From assembly GCA_030427205.1 (NCBI GenBank), contig JAUHXC010000051.1, forward strand, positions 1,336 to 65,335: a DNA stretch of 64,000 bases. Direction: 5' to 3'. Position 1 is the stretch's first letter, and every line of letters begins with the position of its first letter. This DNA is from a bacterium (GTDB lineage: Bacteria > Myxococcota_A > Bradymonadia > UBA7976 > UBA1532). Below, piece after piece: positions 9,196 through 19,335 of this stretch. A program made the position numbers and the translations under genes. The notes beneath the pieces are model-generated. The model saw only the letters and a list, made by a program, of their open reading frames with translations. It had not been told where the DNA came from and searched no databases.

Positions 9196-9814
9196 CGCTG
9201 TCGATGGCGTCCTCGGCGACCTCGTCGGCGACGCCCAGATCCAGATCGATCAGGCCGTCGTCAAGCCGCAGCGCCAGCTCGGTGAAGAGGCCGGCCAGAC
9301 CCGCGCGGTCCACCTTGTCGGCGCTCAGGTTCTCGACGGCGTCGTCCAGCGTGCGGGTCAGGCTGCCGTGCTGCTCGCGCAGCTCGCCGCGCAGGGTGCG
9401 GGTCAGCTCGAGCAGCTGCTGACGCAGGCTCTGCTCGGCGCGGCTGCTGCGATCGCCGAGCTCACCGAGGCGCTGCTGCAACGAACGCTCGGTCGACTCC
9501 AGCTCACGGGTGAGTCGGCGGCTGTCGTCGGACCGCGCCCCGCTCTCCGCCCGCAGCCGCTCGTCGAGGGCCGACAGCTCGCTGCGGGTGAACGTCTCGA
9601 GGGCCTGCAGCCGACCGTCGACGTCGCTGCGCAGATCGGCGAGCGATCGCTCGACGGTCTCCTCCAGCCGGGCGAAGCGGCGGTTGTAGTCCCGCATCTG
9701 CGCCCCGAAGAGAATGTCCCGGATCTTGTCGACGTTGCCGCCGGTCGCCGCCAGGCCGGCCATGGCGTCGGGCTGCGCCGCTCGCCGCCGTCCGCGCGCT
9801 TTCTCCTTGCCCAT
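9188..9814 (-). CDS. coiled-coil protein (hypothetical)
   Basis: It starts at MGKEKARGRRR with GGAGGGGAG 3 nt upstream. About 200 aa are helical and heptad-like, rich in Leu, Arg and Glu. The listed ORF's N-terminal 252 aa are junk. The gene ends 7 nt before the next start. Confidence 0.6.
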   Translation of the reverse strand: MGKEKARGRRRAAQPDAMAGLAATGGNVDKIRDILFGAQMRDYNRRFARLEETVERSLADLRSDVDGRLQALETFTRSELSALDERLRAESGARSDDSRRLTRELESTERSLQQRLGELGDRSSRAEQSLRQQLLELTRTLRGELREQHGSLTRTLDDAVENLSADKVDRAGLAGLFTELALRLDDGLIDLDLGVADEVAEDAIDSDG

Positions 9815-9916
9815 CGCTCCCCTCCGCTCGTCCGAGTACGGGCTCATCGTGCTGGCGGATTCTAGGCCGCGCGGCGTGGGCGGTACAGAAAACGCGCGAA
9901 TCGGCGCCGCGACATC

Positions 9917-9968
9917 TGTCTCAAGACGACAGCCGAGAGACAGAATGCCTGAGACACACCCGAGACAC
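9917..9968 (-). promoter_or_regulatory. GAGACA(C) / TGTCTC repeats upstream of the coiled-coil/OmpA-roadblock operon
   Basis: TGTCTCA at 9917, GAGAGACAG at 9935, and GAGACAC at 9951 and 9962 (11-bp spacing). The core is the same as in the 6448-6482 repeats. Confidence 0.3.
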
Positions 9969-10117
9969 GCACCGCGTCGGCGTGGCCCTCCAGCGCAGAA
10001 AACCCGCGAAACGGGCCCGCGCAGGCGCTCTTGGGGCTGGCATCGCGCTTGCTCTAGCGCAGGCGCCGAGAGCCACTGGATACAAAGGTATCCGCAGCCC
10101 ACGACCCGGAGGCCACC

Positions 10118-10438
10118 ATGCACCGCATCGAGAGCAGGACCGCTTGGAGCACGCGCCCGCGGCAGGTCCGCAAGACCGCCGACAGCGTGATCGAGTTGCA
10201 GATCGTGCCCGGCCTCGCCGCCGACGCCTTGATCGTGCGCGCCCGTCATCGCCTGTCGATGCACGCCGATCGGGTGCGACGCCGCCGCCGGGGCGCTGGC
10301 ATCACCCCGGCCACCTCGTGGCCGATGGCCAGCGTCGCCCGCATCAGCCTGCCAACACGACCCAAGGTGAAGGCGCCCGAGCCGCCCGAGCCGCCCGAGC
10401 CCCCCGGAAGCCCGCCGCCGCACGACCCCTGTCGCTGA
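10118..10438 (+). CDS. small hypothetical protein with a C-terminal EPP repeat
   Basis: GGAGG sits 5 nt upstream of the ATG. GC3 is high. No recognisable domain. Confidence 0.3.
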   Translation: MHRIESRTAWSTRPRQVRKTADSVIELQIVPGLAADALIVRARHRLSMHADRVRRRRRGAGITPATSWPMASVARISLPTRPKVKAPEPPEPPEPPGSPPPHDPCR

Positions 10439-10451
10439 GCCGCTCGCCGGC

Positions 10452-10877
10452 CTACCAGCTGCCCGTGCTCGGCATCGAGGCCCAGGGCTCCTTGGCGTCG
10501 AGCGCCGGCCCCTTCTGCAGCAGCTCGATCGAGATCTGGTCCGGCGAGCGCACGAACGCCATCCGGCCATCCCGCGGCGGACGCAAAACGCTCACACCCA
10601 TCGACTGCAGGTGCTCGCAGGTGGCGTAGATGTCGTCGACCGCGAACGCCAGGTGGCCGAAGTTGCGCCCGCCGTCGCAGGGCGCGTCCTGATCCCAGTT
10701 GTAGGTCAGCTCGATCTGCGCGTTGTCGTCGTCGGCGCCGGTCTCGAGGAAGACCAGCGAGAAGCGGCCCTTCTCGTAGTCGCTGCGCCGGGTCTGCTTC
10801 AGCCCGAGGCCGTCGCAGAAGAAGCGCAGGGCCGCGTCGAGGTCGTAGACCCGGATCATCGAGTGCAGGAACTTCAT
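10452..10877 (-). CDS. gloA: lactoylglutathione lyase (glyoxalase I)
   Basis: The 141-aa protein aligns along its whole length with the GloA consensus ([27 protein letters not shown]...IELTYNW...[18 protein letters not shown]...ISIELLQ). Confidence 0.85.
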   Translation of the reverse strand: MKFLHSMIRVYDLDAALRFFCDGLGLKQTRRSDYEKGRFSLVFLETGADDDNAQIELTYNWDQDAPCDGGRNFGHLAFAVDDIYATCEHLQSMGVSVLRPPRDGRMAFVRSPDQISIELLQKGPALDAKEPWASMPSTGSW

Positions 10878-10938
10878 GTCGCTCGCTCCCCTCGCCCGGT
10901 GGGCGTCGTAGCACAGGCTGCGGCCGCCGCGGCGGCTG

Positions 10939-11604
10939 TCAGCCGCCGGAGACCATCGCCTTGATGGCCGCGTAATCCTGCCCGCTGATGGCGCCGACCC
11001 GCACGCAGCGCAGGTGCCCGGCGGGATCGACCAGGGCGTGGATCGGGATCGCCGACGTCCGGTCGACGCCGAGCAGATCGAGGAACCCCTCCCAGTCGGC
11101 CTCGCCGCGGATCCAGCGCACGGGGCCGGGCAGGCCCTTGGCCATGCGATCCTTCAGCGCCGCCTCTTCGCTGGGCTTGTCGATGGTCAGCAGCTGCAGA
11201 TCGACCGGCTTGCCGTCCTTCTCGAGCCCGCGCACCCAGCGGGCCATCAGGCCCATCTCTTCGACGCACGGCGCGCACCACGTGGCCCAGACGTTGACCC
11301 AGGTCCAGCGGTCGTTGGCCAGGGCCTTGCTCGGCACCTGTCCGTCGGGCAGCGGGCGCTCGGCGGGCCACTCGAAGGCGCGCTGGCCGGCGGGCCACGT
11401 CGCCTCGCAGAAGCCGCCGGTGTCGTTGACCGGGCCGCCCTTCTTCTTGGGCTTGACCGCCGCGGTGCGCCCGGTGGGCTTGGGGGCCGTCGCCGGCTCC
11501 TTGCTCGGGCAGCCGGTGAGGCTGAGCCCGGCGAGCACGAGGGCGGCCCAGGCGGCCAACAGCGCGGCGCGGGTCGAGGTGCGGTTCACGATGGCGTCTC
11601 CCAT
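10939..11604 (-). CDS. TlpA/ResA-like thiol-disulfide oxidoreductase lipoprotein
   Basis: Lipobox LAGLSLTGC. Thioredoxin-fold motif WATWCAPC. Confidence 0.75.
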   Translation of the reverse strand: MGDAIVNRTSTRAALLAAWAALVLAGLSLTGCPSKEPATAPKPTGRTAAVKPKKKGGPVNDTGGFCEATWPAGQRAFEWPAERPLPDGQVPSKALANDRWTWVNVWATWCAPCVEEMGLMARWVRGLEKDGKPVDLQLLTIDKPSEEAALKDRMAKGLPGPVRWIRGEADWEGFLDLLGVDRTSAIPIHALVDPAGHLRCVRVGAISGQDYAAIKAMVSGG

Positions 11605-11716
11605 GGCATCGGGATGGCTCCCGGATGACTCATAAACTCGTCAATGACACGCAAAACGGCACCATAATGCCATACTTACACGTCCGCATGGCATGCGAAA
11701 TGCCATACCCGCAACG

Positions 11717-12403
11717 TCAGATCGCGCAGTCGATCCAGGCGACGAAGGCGCTGCGGTTGATCTCCTTCTCGGTGCACTCTTCGGTGCGCGAGCGCTGCCA
11801 GCCGCAGAACTCTTCGCCGAGCTGGGCGAAGTCCTCGCCGAGCCACAAGAGCCCGACCTGCTTGGCGATGTCCGGGTCGCGGAACTTCTGCTCGAGGTGG
11901 CCGAGCACGCTGCGCGCCCGGCCGGCGCTGAGCTTCTCGTTGTGCTCGGTCTTGCCGTCGGGGCTCGCCCGGGCGACGACGAAGAAGAAGCTCGCCCCCT
12001 GCTGCGCGGCCCAGGCGGTCTCGACGGTGCGCACGCCGGACGGGTCGAGGTCGACCGAGTCGGCGTCGAACTGCACGATGTGCGCCCGCTTCTCCAGCGG
12101 CCGGAACAGCGCGTTGAACTCGTCGTCGGTCAGCTGGGCGACGTTCTTGGCCACCGCCGGCTGACAGCCGCGGCCGCTGGCGCCCACCAGCCCGCAGGCG
12201 GTGGCCACCCGGCGCACGATGGCCTTGAGCTTGGGCGTGCAGTAGGCGTCCTCGCTCACCGAGGCGATGGCCACCTCTTCTTCGGCGGTGTAATCGGCGG
12301 CGTTGAGCCGGCTCTCGGCGGCGCCGAGCCAGCTCGACACCATCAAGAGCGGCACCAGCAGAGCCGGCACGCCGACGATCGCCCGTCGCATGATGTCGTT
12401 CAC
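11717..12403 (-). CDS. secreted OmpA-like domain protein
   Basis: A signal peptide is present. The motif ASPDGKTEHNEKLSAGRARSVLGHL matches the OmpA_C core (D-x-x-G-x-x-x-x-N-x-x-LS-x-x-RA). The ATG overlaps the upstream stop (ATGA). Confidence 0.6.
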   Translation of the reverse strand: MNDIMRRAIVGVPALLVPLLMVSSWLGAAESRLNAADYTAEEEVAIASVSEDAYCTPKLKAIVRRVATACGLVGASGRGCQPAVAKNVAQLTDDEFNALFRPLEKRAHIVQFDADSVDLDPSGVRTVETAWAAQQGASFFFVVARASPDGKTEHNEKLSAGRARSVLGHLEQKFRDPDIAKQVGLLWLGEDFAQLGEEFCGWQRSRTEECTEKEINRSAFVAWIDCAI

Positions 12404-13734
12404 TTCGCGCCTCCCACCATCCGGGTCAGAGTGTATTCGAGCCCCAGGTCGGTGTCTTCGTCACACAGGCGGTTGCCTTTGACGAAGAGCTGCGGGGTCA
12501 TGACCGGCAGCGCGTTGGCCACCGCCCAGCGCAGGCTCTTGACCACCCGGTTGCGGGCCACCGGCGTGCCCAGGCAGCCGCCCACCGCCGGGAAGGCGGC
12601 CTTGATCTGGCTGCGCACCGGCCCGTCGCCGTCCTTGGCCGCTTCGAGCAGCGCCGCCTGGTTCTCGAAGGCCCACTGCAGAATCGCCCGCACGTCGCTC
12701 TGCCCGTTGGCGCAGAGCATCGCCTCGCTGACCGCGCAGGCCCCCGGGTGCAGCGACTCGGTCAGCATCCAGTTGCACTCGGCGTCGAGCGGGAACAGCA
12801 CCGCCCGCAGGTCGAGCGTCTTGTCGAGCCCGCTCTCGTGCAGCCGCCCGTCGAAGGCCTTGCACGCCGGGCACAGCGGGTCGAGCAGCTCGATGGAGGC
12901 CGCCTTGCCCGGGTTGCGGCCGATGTCGAGCATGATGCCCGCCGGATCCTCGGGCTGCACCAGGGTGCCGCAGCCGCTGACCCCGCGCTCATTGGCCTCG
13001 GTCTGCGGGATGAACACCAGCCAGACCATGGTCAGCACGACCACGAAGCCGACGCCTTCGAGCACGCCGACGCCGAAGCGGCGCGCGCCGTCGGGATCAC
13101 CCATCGGCGGCGAGCTGCTCATCACGAACGCCGCGAGCGCGCCGACGAAGGTCAGCCCCGAGACGACGTATATGCCGGCGCAGACGGTGCACAAGGCGCC
13201 CACCTCGCTGTACGAGATGTAGCCGTAGCCGACGCTCATGACCACCGGCAGCACCGTCGCCGCGAGCAGGAAGCCGGTCTCGGCGCGGGTCGCCTCGCCG
13301 CCCTTCCACGCCAGGTGGGCCGCCCGGTAGGCCAGGAAGCAGAAGACGGCCAGCGCGAACAGGCTGATCGGGATGCCGCCCCAGTAGTCGGTGCGGAACC
13401 ACGAGCTGTAGGGGCTCATCATCACGACCTTGCAGCCGTTCTCCATGCCCGCCTCGCCGCCCGGCATCACCGAGCAGGTCACCGAGTGCACCTGCCGGTC
13501 GAGGTGGGCGGCGAAGTCGGCGGTCGAGGTCGCGGCGAACATCGCCCCGCCCAGCGCCGCGAGCAGCACCAGCACCAGCGGGATCCGGACTGGCTTCTGG
13601 CCGAAGCCGGTGTTGATCGGCGGTTCGTAATCGACGTCGGCCTCGACGTCAGCCGCGTCGGGGAAGCCGTCGGCGTCCCCCAGGCTGTAGCCGTCGTCTT
13701 CGGCCAGCTCTTCCCATTTACGGGCCATGCGCAT
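12400..13734 (-). CDS. VKOR (vitamin K epoxide reductase) family membrane protein fused to a DsbA/thioredoxin-like domain
   Basis: Five predicted TM helices carry CTVCAGIY (the VKOR CxxC), followed by a periplasmic domain with the CPAC motif (LLDPLCPACKAF). The likely start is MRMARKWEEL with AGGAG adjacent. The N-terminal 157 aa of the listed ORF are junk. Confidence 0.75.
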   Translation of the reverse strand: MRMARKWEELAEDDGYSLGDADGFPDAADVEADVDYEPPINTGFGQKPVRIPLVLVLLAALGGAMFAATSTADFAAHLDRQVHSVTCSVMPGGEAGMENGCKVVMMSPYSSWFRTDYWGGIPISLFALAVFCFLAYRAAHLAWKGGEATRAETGFLLAATVLPVVMSVGYGYISYSEVGALCTVCAGIYVVSGLTFVGALAAFVMSSSPPMGDPDGARRFGVGVLEGVGFVVVLTMVWLVFIPQTEANERGVSGCGTLVQPEDPAGIMLDIGRNPGKAASIELLDPLCPACKAFDGRLHESGLDKTLDLRAVLFPLDAECNWMLTESLHPGACAVSEAMLCANGQSDVRAILQWAFENQAALLEAAKDGDGPVRSQIKAAFPAVGGCLGTPVARNRVVKSLRWAVANALPVMTPQLFVKGNRLCDEDTDLGLEYTLTRMVGGAK

Positions 13735-13948
13735 CTCCTGCGAGCGGTCGCCTGTCGCATGGGAGGCGCTCGCGGGGCGAAGCGTCGCAAGGCGCGCCGA
13801 TCGACGCAAGCCCGTGACGCCCGGCGGTACAGCCCGGCACGGGCCGGCCCGGGTCACCGGCCGGAAACCGTGCGCCTTTGAGCGATGTGAGCTAAGGTCA
13901 CTCCCGGACTCGAACACCCGCGAAACCACGGACCCGACGGCCGCCCCC

Positions 13949-16282
<2,334 letters not shown>

Positions 16283-16294
16283 GCCCGCGAGCGC

Positions 16295-18058
16295 TCAGTG
16301 AGCGCGCGGCATGGCGGTGACCGGCGCCGGCTCGGACAGCACATGGGCCCGCGCCAACCGGCGCAGCAGGGGCTCGATGTCGATGGCGCGCTTCTGCACG
16401 GCGACCTCCTCCGGTTCGGCCCGCTGCCCGACGAAGAAGCGGGTGCGCAGATACTGCACCGGCTCGCCGGGCGCCGGGCGGATACCGCTCAGCGGGATTT
16501 GAAAGCCTTGGATCTGCGCGATGAACATATCGCGCGCGATGGGGATGAGCGCGGGCTCGTAGGGGATGTTGGCCTCGTCGACCAGCGGCAGGGTCAGCTC
16601 GAGCCCGCCGGCCTCGGTCTGCGCGACGCTGATCGGGCCGATATTGGGCCCGCCGACGTACTCGCCCACATAGTCGGCGTAGGTCGTCGGATCGGGCGCG
16701 CGGTCGGGGGCTTCGGCGGCGGGCGGGAAGTCATCGCTCGCCGCCAGCATCGGGATGAGGCAGCCGAGCAGCTGATTGTTCAGCGCGTCGCCATTGGCCA
16801 GCACCGTCGCGCCGAGGCCCAGCTCGGGCGCGGTCACCAAGACGCTGGTGTAGCCGGTGATGTTGCCGCCGTGCCCGACCAGCTCGACCGGATACCACGA
16901 CCGATCGATCCACAGGCCGTGCTCGTGGATGAGCCCGTGGCCGTACTCGACCTCGACGCCGAACGACTCGGCGGGCACCTGCGGGCTGCGCCAGACCTGC
17001 CAGGTCTCGGGCGTGACCGGCGGCAGCCAGGGCTCGGGATCGAGGTCGTCGCCCAGCGGCCGGCCCTCCATCACGTAGCGCACGTAGTGGGCCAGATCGA
17101 GCACCGACGCCCAGCCCAGCCCGGCGGGGCGGGTCCAGACGCTGTCGTACTCCTCCGCCGGCACCCGGCGCAGCATGCCGGGGAAGGCGCCCGCGGTGGA
17201 TCCCAAGGCGTAGTCGCCGTCGGCCACGACGTCCGCCGGGCGGAAGACGACCCGCTGCATGCGCAGCGGCTCGAAGACCAGCCGCTGCATCGCCGCCCGA
17301 TAGCTCTCGCCGGTGAGCACCTCGAGCACCCGGCCGGCGAGCATGAAGTTGGGGTTCGAGTAGTTGTAGAAGGTGCCCGGGTCGACCATGAAAAAGGCCG
17401 ACTCGGCGAAGGCTTCGCCCTCGACCACCTCGCCGAGCACGCTGTCGGGATCACCGGGCTCTTGCAGCGCGATGTAGTCGGCCATGCCGCCCTGATGGGT
17501 CAGCAGGTGGTGCACCGTGAGATCCTGCCAGCGGGGGTCGGCGTGCTCGGCCAGCGGCGGCAGCACCTCGGCGGCCGCGGTCTCGGCGGCGATATCGCCC
17601 TGCTCGATCTCGGTGAAGACGGCCAGCGCGGTCATGCCCTTGAGGGTCGACCCGAAGCGGAAGAGCGTCGAGGGCGCGACCGGCGTCTCGTCGGCGTCGT
17701 TGCGGTGGCCGATACCGGCGGCGTGCACGAGTTCGCCGCCCTCGACGATGGCGACGGCCGCGCCGGTGGCGCCGCTCGCGTCGAGCACGCCGGCGAGGCA
17801 GAGATCGACCGCCTCGAAGCGTCCCGGCGGCGGGCCGGCGTCCGGCGCCAGCGCATCGGCGATCGCCATGTCGGGCGCGGCCATATCGGGCGCGGCCATA
17901 TCCGGCCCGGCCATGTCCGCCGCAGCGTCGGGCGCCGGCATGGCATCCGGCGCCGCGTCGACGGCAGCGTCCACCGGCTCGCCCTGCGACCCGTCCTCGA
18001 AGCACCCGGCCAACGCCAGCGCGCCGGCCAGCGCGACCCCTGCCCGCAACCCATGCAT
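16295..18058 (-). CDS. serine beta-lactamase/transpeptidase-fold lipoprotein (class C / esterase-like) with a C-terminal extension
   Basis: Lipobox LALAGC. S-x-x-K motif FRFGSTLKGM. Further features are a YxN-like YNYSN, (PDMAA)x3 repeats after the signal peptide, and an uncharacterised C-terminal extension of roughly 200 aa. Confidence 0.7.
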   Translation of the reverse strand: MHGLRAGVALAGALALAGCFEDGSQGEPVDAAVDAAPDAMPAPDAAADMAGPDMAAPDMAAPDMAIADALAPDAGPPPGRFEAVDLCLAGVLDASGATGAAVAIVEGGELVHAAGIGHRNDADETPVAPSTLFRFGSTLKGMTALAVFTEIEQGDIAAETAAAEVLPPLAEHADPRWQDLTVHHLLTHQGGMADYIALQEPGDPDSVLGEVVEGEAFAESAFFMVDPGTFYNYSNPNFMLAGRVLEVLTGESYRAAMQRLVFEPLRMQRVVFRPADVVADGDYALGSTAGAFPGMLRRVPAEEYDSVWTRPAGLGWASVLDLAHYVRYVMEGRPLGDDLDPEPWLPPVTPETWQVWRSPQVPAESFGVEVEYGHGLIHEHGLWIDRSWYPVELVGHGGNITGYTSVLVTAPELGLGATVLANGDALNNQLLGCLIPMLAASDDFPPAAEAPDRAPDPTTYADYVGEYVGGPNIGPISVAQTEAGGLELTLPLVDEANIPYEPALIPIARDMFIAQIQGFQIPLSGIRPAPGEPVQYLRTRFFVGQRAEPEEVAVQKRAIDIEPLLRRLARAHVLSEPAPVTAMPRAH

Positions 18059-18287
18059 GGCATCACCTCCCACCCGGCCGTCGTTCGACGCCGAGCCTGT
18101 CGACTGCAATGGATATCGTCCCCGTTCGCCGACGGGTACGGGCCGCCCGACCGCCAATGTAGACCGATCGGCCGCCGCGGCCCGATCTGGATGCCTTCAG
18201 CGTCCGTCGAACGCAGCGGCCCGTGCCCGACCCGGCGACGCGGCCCCGGTTGTCCCATGCGAGCGGCGGGGGTATGGTGGCGCCGTC

Positions 18288-18845
18288 ATGGATGCAGCCC
18301 TGCCCGCCCCGCGAAGCGCGACCGCCACCCTCATCTCGTTGTGGGGCATGGTCGGCGTCGTGCTGCTCATCGGCTCGGCGCTGTGGCGCCTGACACCGCT
18401 GGCCATCGAACCCATCGCCGACGGCTCGATGAACGCGTTTCACTGGGCGCTCATGATCGGCTGGACGGCGTTCAACGCCTACGCCGAGGGCTATCGCGGG
18501 TTCCAGCTGCGGTTCTCGCCGCGCACCGCCGCCCGCGCGCTGTATCTGGGCCACAACCCGACGCCATTGCGGGTCGCGCTCGCGCCGCTGTTCTGCATGG
18601 GCTTCTTCGGCGCCACCCGACGCGTGCTCATCGCCGCCTGGGCCGTGCTGCTGATCGTGGCCGGGCTGGTGGCGCTCATCCGGGCGCTCGACCAGCCGTG
18701 GCGCGGCATCATCGACGCCGGCGTGGTCGTCGGCCTCGGCTGGGGCCTGCTCACCCTGATCGCCTTCTTCGTGCGCGGGCTCGCGCTCAACCACCTGCCG
18801 GCCGACCCGCAGGTGCCCGGAGGGGACGGCGATGCCCGAGGGTGA
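18288..18845 (+). CDS. hypothetical integral membrane protein
   Basis: Four or five hydrophobic helices. GC3 is high. Confidence 0.5.
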   Translation: MDAALPAPRSATATLISLWGMVGVVLLIGSALWRLTPLAIEPIADGSMNAFHWALMIGWTAFNAYAEGYRGFQLRFSPRTAARALYLGHNPTPLRVALAPLFCMGFFGATRRVLIAAWAVLLIVAGLVALIRALDQPWRGIIDAGVVVGLGWGLLTLIAFFVRGLALNHLPADPQVPGGDGDARG

Positions 18846-19296
18846 CGGCGCGCCGGATTCAAACGGCCGCAAGACGCCATCCACCGTCGAGCCGCGCAGC
18901 GAAGCCCGACGACGGCGCTCGACGCTGAGCACCCGCGGCTACACCGGCCCGCTGCGCATCACCCCGCCCGAACCCGAGCCCGAACCCGAGCCCGAGCCGC
19001 CCGATCCCTTCCAGCTGCTGCTCGGCCCCGGCGCGCTGGTGCTCTTCGCCCTGGCCGGCGTCGTCGCCGTCTTCCCGCTCGGCTTCCTCACCGACGACCC
19101 GCAGTGGTGGGCGGTCATCCCGCCGGGCGTCGGCACGGTGCTGGTCCTCATCGCGCTGGTCTGGACCATCCGCCTGCGCGGCCGCGGCGCCCTGCCCCTC
19201 GAAGCGGTGCACTATCGCGGCGTGCTCGGCGGCCTCGTGGCGCTGCTGCTGCTCGCCGGCGGCACGGCGTTCCGCATGTGGTGGCAGGCCCAGTAG
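18832..19296 (+). CDS. hypothetical membrane protein with a (PE)n repeat
   Basis: It overlaps the previous gene by 14 nt. It has a PEPEPEPEPEP repeat and then three TM helices. Confidence 0.45.
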   Translation: MPEGDGAPDSNGRKTPSTVEPRSEARRRRSTLSTRGYTGPLRITPPEPEPEPEPEPPDPFQLLLGPGALVLFALAGVVAVFPLGFLTDDPQWWAVIPPGVGTVLVLIALVWTIRLRGRGALPLEAVHYRGVLGGLVALLLLAGGTAFRMWWQAQ

Positions 19297-19335
19297 GCGC
19301 CGCGCCGGCCGGCTCGAACACCGCAGCCAATGCCA

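Noticed and set aside
9982-10629. 215-aa + strand ORF between gloA and the coiled-coil gene
   Set aside because: Low-complexity Arg/Pro/Gly translation. The shorter 10118..10438 ORF in another frame has an RBS and better codon bias.
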